From Thermoanaerobaculia bacterium (GTDB lineage: Bacteria; Acidobacteriota; Thermoanaerobaculia; Multivoradales; SZUA-115): a stretch of DNA of 64,000 nucleotides. Below the pieces are notes generated by a model, which saw only the letters and a list, made by a program, of their open reading frames with translations, did no database searches and had not been told where the DNA came from. A program made the translations under genes and the position numbers. The stretch is taken from NCBI GenBank assembly GCA_036274895.1, contig DASUEU010000058.1:84885-148884 (forward strand), in the 5' to 3' direction. Position 1 is the first letter of the stretch, and each line of letters opens with the position of its first letter. Below, piece by piece: positions 1-9,274 of this stretch.

Positions 1-1527
1 CCGGGCGACCATCACGGGCGCCATCAACCGCTCGACCTCGGCGAGCAGGGCAGGCACCGAGCGGAAGGAGACCGACAGCCGCTCGAGCCGCCCGCCGGCC
101 GCCAGCACTTCGGCCACGAAGCCCTCGTAGGCCGCGAGGTCGGCATTGCGCCAGCCGTAGATCGACTGCTTGGGGTCGCCGACCAGGAAGAGCACCGGCC
201 GCTCCTCCACCGGACCCGCGAGGACGAGGGAGCGCAGCAGGTCGCATTGGGTGGCGTCGGTGTCCTGGAACTCGTCGACCAGCAACTGGGCGATCCGCCG
301 CCGCTCCCGGGCGGCCAGGGGCGGGTGGCGGGCGAGCAGGTCCCGGGCCCCGGTCAGCAGCTCCTCGTAGACCAGGATGCCCCGCTCGGTGCGCCGCCTC
401 TCGACCTCGGCGAGCAGGGGGCGGAGCACGGCGCGCGCTGCCTCGAAGAGGCGGGGAGAGAGGCGGAGCAGGCGGCGACCTCGTGAGGAGAGCTCCCCGG
501 CCGCCTCGACCATCGCACCCCGGGCCTCCCCCAGGGCCTTCTCCTCGGTTGTGCCTACGACCCCTTTCCCCCAATCGGCGAGGCGCCGCCCGTCCTCCTC
601 GTCGAGGAGGCCCGCGATGTCCGCGATCAAGCCCTCCAGGCCGTCGAGGTCTCGGGGCGGCCAGCCGGCCGCTCGATCCAGGGCCGCGATGGCCTCGACC
701 GCACAGCGCGTCGAGTGGGTGCGGGTGGAGCGAGGCGGCACGGTGGCGAGGGCGGACCCCGCGGCGGCCACGAAGCGGCGAGCGGCTTCGACCAGGCCCT
801 CGGCCCAGGCCTGGATCTCCCTCGCTGCGAAAGCGGGCCGCGACAGCTCGGCCGAGGGCAGGCCGCACGCGGCCAGCTCGGCGAGGGCCCCGGCCAGGTC
901 CGCCGGCCCGAGTCCGGCAGCGGCCAGAGCGCGGGCGGGCTCACCCTGGCGGTAGACGGTGGCGAGAGCGTCCTCCAGCACCTCGCGCACGACGGCCTCG
1001 GTCAAATCCTTCTCGGCATCCACCTGGAAGGCCGGATGGAGCCCGGCCTCGAGCGGGTAGGTGCGCAGGAGCCGGGCGCAGAAGGCGTGGATGGTCGAGA
1101 CGCTCAGCCGGTCGAGGTGGGCGAGCAAGGCCCGGGCCCGCGACTCCCCCTCGGCGGCCTCGAGCCCGAGCAGCTCCGCCTCGAAGCCCCGCACCTCCTC
1201 GCCCGCGCCGAGCTTGGCCAGGGCTGCGGCCACCCGCTCGGCCATCTCGGCGGCGGCGGCCTCGGTGAAGGTGATCGCCGTCACCCCGTCGAGCACCTTC
1301 CCCGCCACCCGGTCGTCGGTCGGGTCCCCGGTCTCGGCCAGGGCCGCGGCGGCCCCCTCCCAGCCCGGCCCCAGGCACCAGGCCAGGATGCGGGCCACCA
1401 GGGTGGCCGTCTTGCCCGTGCCGGCCCCGGCCTCGAGCACCAGGGGCCGCGACAGCTCCCTCTGCGCCGTGCGGCGCGCCGCGCGGTCGGCTTCGGCGAG
1501 GAAGAGCGCTCCCGGGGCCACGCTCAT
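1..1527 (-). CDS. UvrD/AddA-like superfamily I DNA helicase, N-terminal part (gene runs off window start)
   Basis: The minus-strand reading from the ATG at 1527 gives ..LVLEAGAGTGKTATLVARILAWCLGPGWE.., a Walker A motif typical of UvrD/AddA helicases. There is no stop before position 1, so the six-frame track (complete ORFs only) does not list it. Its start codon overlaps the stop of the upstream nuclease gene as ATGA. Confidence 0.7.
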   Translation of the reverse strand, partial: MSVAPGALFLAEADRAARRTAQRELSRPLVLEAGAGTGKTATLVARILAWCLGPGWEGAAAALAETGDPTDDRVAGKVLDGVTAITFTEAAAAEMAERVAAALAKLGAGEEVRGFEAELLGLEAAEGESRARALLAHLDRLSVSTIHAFCARLLRTYPLEAGLHPAFQVDAEKDLTEAVVREVLEDALATVYRQGEPARALAAAGLGPADLAGALAELAACGLPSAELSRPAFAAREIQAWAEGLVEAARRFVAAAGSALATVPPRSTRTHSTRCAVEAIAALDRAAGWPPRDLDGLEGLIADIAGLLDEEDGRRLADWGKGVVGTTEEKALGEARGAMVEAAGELSSRGRRLLRLSPRLFEAARAVLRPLLAEVERRRTERGILVYEELLTGARDLLARHPPLAARERRRIAQLLVDEFQDTDATQCDLLRSLVLAGPVEERPVLFLVGDPKQSIYGWRNADLAAYEGFVAEVLAAGGRLERLSVSFRSVPALLAEVERLMAPVMVAR

Positions 1528-4500
1528 TCGCCCCCTCCTTCCTCGACACGGCCGAGCCAGAACAGGGCGCGGGCCGCGGCCGGCCCGGGGCCCTCGGTCT
1601 CCCCCGCCGCCTCGGCCCAGCGGGTGAAGCGCCGGCGGGCGCCAGAGTCCTCCTGGAGGCAGGCCTCCTTGACCGTGCAGGAGCGGCACCGGGGCCCCTG
1701 CTTCTCTAGGGCCGGGTCGAGCAGGCGGGGTACCCGGCTGCCCCGGGCCAGGGCCGCCACCACGGTGCCAGCCGACTTGGTGAAGGCGGGCCGGAGGGCC
1801 TCGAGCTCGTCCGGCTGGAGGCGCAGCAGGCGCTCTTCCGGCTGCCAATTCAGCTCCGGCCGGCCGAGGAAGAGATAGCCCCCACCGGGGCCATCGGACA
1901 GGGCCGAGGCGTAGGCCACGCCCTGGAGCCAGCGCCCTTGCGCCACCAGGACGGGCAGGCGTTTGCGGCTGTTGGCGGAGGCGGGTGGGTCGCTCCCCCG
2001 CTCGTCGAGGAACGGTCGACCCGCCTTGAGATCGAGCAAGGTCGGCTCCCCGGCCAGGGGCAGCAGCAGATCGGCGCGGAAGCCCACCCGCAGGCCCTCG
2101 GCGCCGGTCATGGCCTCCCCCCGCAGCTCCGCGCCCATCACAGCGGGCTGGGGCCCGAGGCCCTCGCGCAGCACGTTCCAGAACACCGCGGCCCGCTCGG
2201 CCAGGGCCGGTGTGAGCAGGGGCACCCCGTCCTCCCGGGCCACCCGCTCTGCCTCCCGCTCCAGCTCGGCGGCGATCTCGCCGGCCGGCGGCAGGGGCAC
2301 GCTCACCGGCGATCGGACCAGGGCCTCGGCGAGCTCGACCTCCACGGCCCCTCCCGCCCGCGCCACCAGCCGGGCCAGCAGAGCGTGCACCACCATGCCC
2401 ACCAGGCGCGGCGACAGCTCGGGCAGGCCGGAGCGCGGATCCGGCAAGGCGCCCAGGCGCAGCTCGCGGCCGAGGAAGCTCTGCCAGGGGCAGGCGGCGA
2501 CGGCCTCGATGGCGGTGACGGGAAGCACCTCCGGCAGGCTCCCCCTGCCGAGCAGCCCGAACCAGGGCCCCAACCGCCGAGCCCGTTCCCGGCCCTCGGG
2601 GCTGCCGAGGTCGGGGTCGAGCTCGTCGAGCACCGCCCGCCGCAGCCGCGGCGGCTCCCGCCGGCCGGCGAGGGCGAGAGCGGGAGGCAGGGCCGAGTCC
2701 CAGGCCCGGCGGTCGCCGGCCAGGCCGGCGCCGATCAACCACTCGAGGGCCGGCCAATCGCCGTCGCCCGAGGGATGCCGAAGGGTGCCAGCCGAGTTGG
2801 GTACGGCCCCCGACCAGCGCAGGCGATCGACGAACGGCGAGGCGGGCAACGGCTGGCCGGCCTCGTCCGCGACCGCCCAGGAGACCTCGACGGCCGGCGC
2901 CGAGCCGAGCAATTGGCCGAAGAGGTAGCTCTCTTCCTCCACCCCCAGCCCCTTGACCGGCAGGTCGGGCAGCAGCAGGGTGAGGGCCCGGCGCAGGTCG
3001 TCCGGCAGGAAGGGATCCTCCCGCACGGATCTGGGGAATGAACCGGCCTGCGCCCCGAGCAGGAAGAGGTGTTCGAACACCCGCCCCCTCGCCTCGGTCA
3101 CCGAGAGCAGCTGGACCCCGCTCCCGGCCCCTCCCAGGGACGGAGCATCCAGGCGCTCCTCGGCCCGCTCGGCGAGCAGGAAGAGCTCCTCGGGGGCCAA
3201 CGGCAGCTCACCCGGCAGCTCGGCCTCCAGGACCGCCAGCACCTGCCACGGTCGAGCCGGCGGGGACTCGGGGAGCCAGCCGAGGGCCTCCACGAGGAAG
3301 GTCCGGGCGTGGCGGAGGTGGGCCGACAGGGGGCGGGGCCCCCCCTCCCGTCCCGGCCAGCCGTCCAGGGCCGTCGCCGCCCGCTTCGCTCGCGCCAGCG
3401 CCGCGCGAAGCTCCGGCCCGGGCAGCCCCCGGCGCTGGCGCCCCGACCCTGCACCCTCCTCGTCCTCTCCTTCCTCGATGCTCGCCGCGATCGGCAGGGG
3501 CACTTGACCTGCGACCAGCACCGAGCCGGGATCCAGCCTCGAGAGGTCGGCCAGGCGCGAGGCCCCGAGGATGCGCAGGGCCAGGCGCAGCTCGGTGCTG
3601 CGGCCCTCCCCGGCCGCCTCCAGCCAGCGGTCGACGGGCGTCGCGGTGCCGGAGCGCAGCAGCTCGAGGAAGGCCGCCATGCGACGCTCCGGCCCGCCCG
3701 GCGAGGCGGCAGTGCCGGGAGCCGAGAACGGCACGCCGAGCCGGCCAAACGCCTCCGCCAAGGCCAATCGGTGCGAACCGACGTCCCGAGCCACCAGGGC
3801 GATGCGCTCGGGGACGGCGCCGGCATCGAGCAAGGCCCGGGCCGCCACCACGGCCCGGCGGGCCTCCGCTCCGGGCGTGGCGCAGGGGTGGAGCGACACG
3901 GCCGCGGCCTCCCCGTCCGGCTCGAGGGCGAGCTCGCTGGCCGGGCGGCCGGTGAGGCGCAGGGCCAGCCGGTCGGCGAAGGCGAGGCCGCCGGCTCGGG
4001 GGCCGGGCAAGTCGAGTAAGACCTCGGCCCGGCGGGCCACGACCAAGGTCTCGAGCAGGTCGAGAGCGAGGCCGGTGGCGTCCGCCCAGCCGTGGAGGAG
4101 AATGGCGCGGGCCGGCAGCAGCTCCGGGCGTGAGCGCAGCAGGGAAGCTGCGCGGGCGTAAGCCTCGCCGGTGCGGCCGAGCCCCAGGGCCGCGAGCTCC
4201 TCGCCGGTGTCGGCGGCCACTCGCAGCAGGGCGCGAGCCCGCTCGAGAGTGGGCTGCGGAAACGCCCCGGAGAGGGCCGCCACCCGCTCCAGGCAGGCTT
4301 CGAGATGGGCGCGTTCGAAGCCGGCGTCGAGCAGGTCCCGCACCGTGCCGGCGAGGGCGCCGTAGCCGTCGGCGAAGCCCCCGAGGGCCGCGGCCAGGGC
4401 TCGCTCGGCGCGGGCGCGGCGGCGCACCAGCACTTCGAAGACCAGGCCTCCCGTGGGCATCGGCTCCCCGGCCTCGAGCAGGGCACGACGGGCGAGGGCC

Positions 4501-4760
4501 CACAGGGTCTCGATCGCCACCCCGGCGAAGGCCCGGCCGCGGCGGGAGAGCCACGCCGCCCCGAGGTGCCCGGCGAGGCTGGTGGAAGGCACCACCACCA
4601 GCACCGCCCGGCCCAGCTCGGCGGGATTGGACTTCGCTTCGGCAGCGAGCTCGTCCAGGCGCTCGAGCAGGCGGGCCTCCACCTGGCGGGGACCTCGACC
4701 CACCGTCCACGCCGCTGCCCGCGGGCCTCTCGAGGTCGCGTCGTCGCTGTCCACTGTCAT
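1524..4760 (-). CDS. AddB-like helicase-nuclease subunit (PD-(D/E)XK nuclease with C-terminal Cys cluster)
   Basis: 1078-aa ORF with a C-terminal ..CRSCTVKEAC.. cysteine cluster like the AddB Fe-S/nuclease domain. It is directly followed by a UvrD-type helicase gene and is translationally coupled to it by an ATGA overlap at 1524-1527. Confidence 0.6.
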   Translation of the reverse strand: MTVDSDDATSRGPRAAAWTVGRGPRQVEARLLERLDELAAEAKSNPAELGRAVLVVVPSTSLAGHLGAAWLSRRGRAFAGVAIETLWALARRALLEAGEPMPTGGLVFEVLVRRRARAERALAAALGGFADGYGALAGTVRDLLDAGFERAHLEACLERVAALSGAFPQPTLERARALLRVAADTGEELAALGLGRTGEAYARAASLLRSRPELLPARAILLHGWADATGLALDLLETLVVARRAEVLLDLPGPRAGGLAFADRLALRLTGRPASELALEPDGEAAAVSLHPCATPGAEARRAVVAARALLDAGAVPERIALVARDVGSHRLALAEAFGRLGVPFSAPGTAASPGGPERRMAAFLELLRSGTATPVDRWLEAAGEGRSTELRLALRILGASRLADLSRLDPGSVLVAGQVPLPIAASIEEGEDEEGAGSGRQRRGLPGPELRAALARAKRAATALDGWPGREGGPRPLSAHLRHARTFLVEALGWLPESPPARPWQVLAVLEAELPGELPLAPEELFLLAERAEERLDAPSLGGAGSGVQLLSVTEARGRVFEHLFLLGAQAGSFPRSVREDPFLPDDLRRALTLLLPDLPVKGLGVEEESYLFGQLLGSAPAVEVSWAVADEAGQPLPASPFVDRLRWSGAVPNSAGTLRHPSGDGDWPALEWLIGAGLAGDRRAWDSALPPALALAGRREPPRLRRAVLDELDPDLGSPEGRERARRLGPWFGLLGRGSLPEVLPVTAIEAVAACPWQSFLGRELRLGALPDPRSGLPELSPRLVGMVVHALLARLVARAGGAVEVELAEALVRSPVSVPLPPAGEIAAELEREAERVAREDGVPLLTPALAERAAVFWNVLREGLGPQPAVMGAELRGEAMTGAEGLRVGFRADLLLPLAGEPTLLDLKAGRPFLDERGSDPPASANSRKRLPVLVAQGRWLQGVAYASALSDGPGGGYLFLGRPELNWQPEERLLRLQPDELEALRPAFTKSAGTVVAALARGSRVPRLLDPALEKQGPRCRSCTVKEACLQEDSGARRRFTRWAEAAGETEGPGPAAARALFWLGRVEEGGGE
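1764..1780. repeat. dispersed motif copy (inside nuclease gene)
   Basis: ggtgccagccgacttgg. Confidence 0.7.
2784..2800. repeat. dispersed motif copy (inside nuclease gene)
   Basis: ggtgccagccgagttgg. Confidence 0.7.
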
Positions 4761-4774
4761 ACTCTGCGCCCGCC

Positions 4775-5987
4775 GATGAGCACCCAGGCCCCGTCCTCTC
4801 CCGGCCGCGCCGCCCTCTTCGCGGTCTACGCCACGGTCTTCCTCGACCTGCTCGGCTTCGGGATCCTGCTGCCGGCGCTACCCTACTATGCCGAGCGCCT
4901 GGGGGCCTCGGGCACCGGCGTGGCGTTGCTTTTCGCGTCCTACTCTTTGGCCCAACTGGTCGGGGCCAACCTGCTCGGCCGGCTCTCCGACGCCCGCGGC
5001 CGGCGCCCCGTGCTGCTGCTCTCGCTGGTGGGCTCCGCCCTGGGGATGACCGCCTCGGGCCTCGCCCAGAGCCTGCTCACCCTGTGCGCCGCACGGGCCC
5101 TGGCCGGCCTCTCAGGGGGCAGCATCGGCACCGCCCAGGCGTTCATCGCCGACACCACCACGCCGGAGCAGCGCCCGGCTCGCATGGGTGGGCTCGGGGC
5201 CTCGATCGGCCTCGGCTTCGTCGCCGGCCCGGCCCTGGGCGCCCTGCTGCTCGGCCGCGGCCTGGGCTTCGCCGGCGCCGCCTTCACCGCCGCCGCTCTG
5301 GCCCTGGCCAACCTGGTGTTCACCTTCCTGGTGCTGCCGGAGTCGCGCCGGCCCGGCGCGGCGCCCACCGCCTCGCGGGGCCTGGCCGCCTGGCGCACGG
5401 CGGTCAGTCGGCCGGTCCTGCGGCCGGTGCTCGCCGCGTCGTTCCTGGTGCTCGCCGCCTTCGTCGCCATGGAGACCACCTTCGCCCTCTGGACCGAGGA
5501 GCGCTTCGGCTTCCGGGAGCGGGAGTTCGGCCTGGTGCTGACCCTCGCCGGAGCGGTGATGGTGATCGTCCAGGGCGCTCTGGTGGGCCCGATCAGCCGG
5601 CGTTTCGGGGTGCGCCGGGTGGCGGCTGCCGGCGGCGCCCTCCTCGGCCTGGCCCTGGCGGCGATGCCCTGGGCCCCGGGCAAGGCCTGGCTGCTGGCCA
5701 ACGTGGTCGTGATGGCCCTGGGCCTGGGCCTGGCCCTGCCGAGCCTCTCCTCCCTGCTCTCCCAGCTCTCGCCCGCCGAGGACCAGGGCACCGTGCTCGG
5801 CGCGGGCCAGTCCCTCCAGGCCCTGGCCCGGGCCACCGGCCCGCTCGCCGCCGGCCTCCTCTTCGACCTCGGCCCCGCCCTGCCCTACCTCTGGGCGGGG
5901 GGGTTGGGGCTGCTGGCGGCTTGGGTGGTGGGGAGAGGGAGCTACAGCACCGTGCCGGTCAACACCGCCCGGGCCACGGAGAAGTAG
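4775..5987 (+). CDS. MFS transporter (Tet/drug:H+ antiporter-like)
   Basis: Starts MSTQAPSS... at ATG 4775, inside the longer ORF 4305..5987. It has 12 predicted TM segments and the MFS signature GRLSDARGRRPVLL. Confidence 0.8.
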
Positions 5988-7279
5988 AACAGCAGCCCGA
6001 AGACGTCGACCAGGGTGGCGACGAAGGGGGCGGAGGCGCTGGCGGGGTCGAGGCCGAGGCGTTTGAGGAGGAGGGGCAGCATGGCCCCGGAGAGGGTGCC
6101 CCACAGCACCACGCCCAGCAGGGCTGTGCCGATGGTCAGGGCGTAGAGCAGGTAGTGCTCGCCGTAGGTGCCGAAGGCCTGCTCCCAGATCACGATGCGG
6201 CCGATGCCGATCGCCGCCAGGATCAGCCCCAGGGCCAGGCCCGAGGCCAGCTCGCGGCGGGCGATGCGGTACCAGTCGCGCAGCCTCACTTCGCCCAGGG
6301 CCATGGCCCGGATCACCAGGGTCGAGGCCTGGGAGCCGGAGTTGCCACCGGAGGAGATGATGAGGGGCACGAAGAGGGCGAGCACCACGGCCTTGCTGAT
6401 CTCGTCCGCGAAGCGGCCCATCGCCGAGGCGGTGATCAGCTCGCCGCAGAAGAGCAGGGCGAGCCAGCCGGCCCGCTTCTTGACCATCTCGCCGAGGCCG
6501 GTCTCGAGGTAGGGAGCGTCGAGGGCCTCGAGGCCGCCCAGCTTGTGGATGTCCTCGGTGGCTTCCTCCTCGACCACGTCGACGATGTCGTCGACGGTGA
6601 CGATGCCCTTCATCCGCCCCTCGGCATCCACCACCGGGATCGCCGTCAGGTCCTCCTCGGCGAAGACCCGGGCCACCTGCTCCTGGTCCATGTCCTCGGG
6701 GACGGTGACCACCTCGCGCTGCATCACCTCGTGCACCGGCCGGGCACCCGGAGCGGCGAAGAGGTCCCGGAAGGAGACCACGCCCAGCAGCCTCTGCTCC
6801 GAGTCGAGGACGTAGACGTAGTAGAGGGTCTCGAGCCGCCCTCGCGCCTGGAGCCGCAGGTAGCTGATCGCCTCGTCCACGGACATGTCGGGCCGCAGGC
6901 GGGCGAAGCGGGGGCTCATCAGGCCGCCGGCTTCGTCCTCGGCGTACGCCAGAAGAGCGCGCACGTCGCGCCGGGTGGGCTCGTCCAGCAAGCTCAGCAG
7001 CTCGGGACGCTCCTCGGGCTCGAGCTCCTGGAGCACGTCGGCGGCGTCGTCCGGGGCCAGCAGGCGCAGCCAGACCCGCTGCTCGGTCGGGCGAAGCTCG
7101 ACGAGGAGGGCTGCCTGGCCGTGGGAGGGGAGGCTCTGGAAGAAGTCGTCCGCCTCGGTCGGATCGAGCAGACGGAAGCCCTCGACCTGCTCGGGAGGCG
7201 CCAAGGCCGGCCAGGCCTCGTGCAGCTCCTCGGCGGTCAGCCGGGTGGTGGGGACGAGCGTTTCCACGGCGCGGAGCAT
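5942..7279 (-). CDS. mgtE: Magnesium transporter MgtE
   Basis: 445 aa with an MgtE N-domain, tandem CBS domains and the C-terminal MgtE TM domain (..ISSGGNSGSQ..). Confidence 0.85.
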   Translation of the reverse strand: MLRAVETLVPTTRLTAEELHEAWPALAPPEQVEGFRLLDPTEADDFFQSLPSHGQAALLVELRPTEQRVWLRLLAPDDAADVLQELEPEERPELLSLLDEPTRRDVRALLAYAEDEAGGLMSPRFARLRPDMSVDEAISYLRLQARGRLETLYYVYVLDSEQRLLGVVSFRDLFAAPGARPVHEVMQREVVTVPEDMDQEQVARVFAEEDLTAIPVVDAEGRMKGIVTVDDIVDVVEEEATEDIHKLGGLEALDAPYLETGLGEMVKKRAGWLALLFCGELITASAMGRFADEISKAVVLALFVPLIISSGGNSGSQASTLVIRAMALGEVRLRDWYRIARRELASGLALGLILAAIGIGRIVIWEQAFGTYGEHYLLYALTIGTALLGVVLWGTLSGAMLPLLLKRLGLDPASASAPFVATLVDVFGLLFYFSVARAVLTGTVL

Positions 7280-7344
7280 AACCGCAACGGGCCGCCTCCG
7301 AGCCCGTCGTGACGGCGTCGTTACGGCCTCGCCGTAGCCGGAGT

Positions 7345-8484
7345 CTAGCGGCCGAAACGGCGCTGGCGCTGGTGGTAGGAGCGCAGGGCCCGCAGCAGGT
7401 CGATCTTGCGGAAGGCGGGCCAGTTGGTGTCGCAGAAGTAGAACTCGGAGTAGGCGCTCTGCCAGAGCAGGAAGCCCGAGAGGCGCACCTCACCGCTGGT
7501 GCGCAGGATGAGGTCCGGCTCGGGCAGCCCCGAGGTGTAGAGGTGGGGCTCGATGGTCCGGTCGTCGAAGCCGGCGATCACCTCGTCGAGCTCCTTGCCC
7601 TGGCGCTTCGACTCGGTGAGGAAGCTGCGGAAGGCGTCGGTGATCTCTTCGCGCCCGCCGTAGGCCATGGCGATGTTGAGCTGGAAGCGCTCGTAAGCGG
7701 CGGTGACGCTCTCTGCCCTCTCGATCGCCGCCTGCAAGCTGTCCGGCAGCAGCTCGAGCTTGCCCAGGTAGCGCACCCGCACCTCGTTGGTGTGCACGTC
7801 GGAGTGTCCGGCGAGGCGCAGGGTCTCGCGCTCGAAGAGCTGGAGCAGGGCCTCCACCTCGGAGGTGTCCCGGGAGAGGTTGTCGAGGGAGAAGCTCCAC
7901 ACCGTGACCACCGGGATGTCGAGCTCGTAGCACCAGGAGAGGACTTCCCGCAGCTTCTCGGCCCCCCGCTCGTGGCCGAAATGCGAGCCGCCCAGCCCGC
8001 TCTCCCGGGCGAAGCGACGGTTGCCGTCCATGATGATGCCGATGTGCCGGGGCAGCCGCCAGGTCGGGACCTCCTCCATCAGGCGCTTCTCGTAGAGGAG
8101 GTAGAAGGGCCGCTTGATGAAGCCCTTGAGCGTCTGCCAGACGAAGGAGAGGCGGCGCGGGCGTGCTTTGGGCGCGGGAATCGAGAGAGGTGCGGTCAGG
8201 GGTTCACCCTCGGGTGCCGAAATGCCGTGGAGGCATGATGTTACACCAAACGGCGAGCTGGGGCGGGGCGCCCCCCTCCGGCTGGCTTCCGTCCGTGGCC
8301 GAGCCTCGCCGCTTCGCTCTCGCCCGGGTGGTCCAGCGGTGCTGGAAGAGGAACTTCCTGCTCGCGCTCGAAGCCGCCGGGGCGAGCGAGGATGAGGCGG
8401 GCGGGATCGCGGCGGCGATGAGCCTGGGGGAGGCGGGTTGGAGAAGGCTGGGGGGTGGTGAGGTGAGTGCTCACTAACGTTCAT
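7345..8484 (-). CDS. cis-isoprenyl (Z-prenyl) diphosphate synthase, UppS family, Rv1086-like; true start uncertain
   Basis: The C-terminal 263 aa align along their full length with the UppS fold: HIGIIMDGNRRFA, YGGREEI, LILRTSGEVRLSGFLLWQSAYSEFYF, RRFGR. From memory it is closest to Mycobacterium Rv1086 short-chain Z-FPP synthase (PFYLLYEKRL.. matches PLYRLYELRL..). The 120-aa Pro/Arg-rich N-terminal stretch of the ORF looks non-coding, but no ATG/GTG/TTG exists in frame near the homology boundary. Confidence 0.75.
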   Translation of the reverse strand: MNVSEHSPHHPPAFSNPPPPGSSPPRSRPPHPRSPRRLRARAGSSSSSTAGPPGRERSGEARPRTEASRRGAPRPSSPFGVTSCLHGISAPEGEPLTAPLSIPAPKARPRRLSFVWQTLKGFIKRPFYLLYEKRLMEEVPTWRLPRHIGIIMDGNRRFARESGLGGSHFGHERGAEKLREVLSWCYELDIPVVTVWSFSLDNLSRDTSEVEALLQLFERETLRLAGHSDVHTNEVRVRYLGKLELLPDSLQAAIERAESVTAAYERFQLNIAMAYGGREEITDAFRSFLTESKRQGKELDEVIAGFDDRTIEPHLYTSGLPEPDLILRTSGEVRLSGFLLWQSAYSEFYFCDTNWPAFRKIDLLRALRSYHQRQRRFGR

Positions 8485-8602
8485 CGCCTGAGCGGCGCCG
8501 CCAAAGGCGGTGACCGCCTCCAGGCGCCGGGTTCTGCGTGGAGGTCACGCGCTCCAGGCTCTTCGCGTAGTCGATTCCTGGTGCGAAGCCCGTCGAAGCC
8601 CG

Positions 8603-9154
8603 TCATCGCGCCGCTCTTGCGATCATACGCAGAAACTGCTGAAAGACGAAGTACAGGGCAACCCCTGTGAGTACCCATAGCACCAGCGTAGCGAGCATGA
8701 TCGATGCGCTTCGGTAGTGGAGCCAGGTCCCGGCGCCGATCAGAGGAGCCTGCAGGAACAGAGCGCGCAGTATCCTGACCCTGCCTCTCCGGCGAAGTAG
8801 GCGATCGCGCTGTCCCTCACATCCAAGGAGCCTCTCTTCGGCCGAGTGGAAGAGAGCTCCGACCGCAGGAGCAGCGCTGCGCTGGTGGAAGCGGGTCCAG
8901 TTCCGCCCGTTGTACCATTTCAGGTAAGGAAGTGACGCCAGATAGCACAGATGATCGACCACGGTTCCGAGTGAGTAGCAAGCAACGAGAAGGACGAAGA
9001 GCAAGGATGGTCCCAGGTTGTCCGGGAGTCGAGTTATCCAGTCGATGAGAGACTCCGGGGAGCTGCCGCTCACGGCCAACCCAAAGAGGCTGATCCAGAG
9101 GGCGGCGAGGCAGCCAACGACGAGGTACTCCGCGATGAGTGTCGTCCAACTCAT
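8603..9154 (-). CDS. hypothetical 4-TM membrane protein (low-GC island gene C)
   Basis: 183 aa with four hydrophobic helices and ordinary codon/amino-acid composition in a ~52% GC segment. I recognise no family. Confidence 0.5.
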   Translation of the reverse strand: MSWTTLIAEYLVVGCLAALWISLFGLAVSGSSPESLIDWITRLPDNLGPSLLFVLLVACYSLGTVVDHLCYLASLPYLKWYNGRNWTRFHQRSAAPAVGALFHSAEERLLGCEGQRDRLLRRRGRVRILRALFLQAPLIGAGTWLHYRSASIMLATLVLWVLTGVALYFVFQQFLRMIARAAR

Positions 9155-9274
9155 GACTCACCTATGGTTCGCTACTAACCGCCCTTTGCCGTCGCCGAAC
9201 GTTCATCGCCTCACCGCCGCGCACCAGCGCGGGCAGTGCAGGCAGTGGTTGGGCAACTCTAGATGACGTCAGGT

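Noticed and set aside
377-1878. Long plus-strand ORFs (377..955, 483..1268, 715..1878, 1061..1627) overlapping the helicase gene
   Set aside because: They are Pro/Arg/Gly/Ser-rich low-complexity translations typical of off-frame reading in 70% GC DNA. The minus strand here encodes a clear UvrD Walker-A helicase.
1938-4710. ORFs 1938..3041, 1963..2928, 3038..3955, 3069..4019, 3098..4486, 3208..4710 and 3571..4161
   Set aside because: All lie inside the 1078-aa nuclease gene in other frames or on the other strand, with extreme Arg/Pro/Gly composition and no motifs.
4130-7493. Very long ORFs 4130..7312 (+, 1060 aa) and 5112..7493 (-, 793 aa)
   Set aside because: They are frame artefacts spanning the well-supported MFS and mgtE genes. 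Their composition is G/R/P/A-dominated and they have no family signatures.
8085-8484. N-terminal 120-aa Pro-rich extension of the prenyl synthase ORF, and plus-strand ORFs 8114..8395 and 8163..8477
   Set aside because: The composition is non-protein-like and there is no homology. I kept it only as an unresolved start-site problem, not as separate genes.
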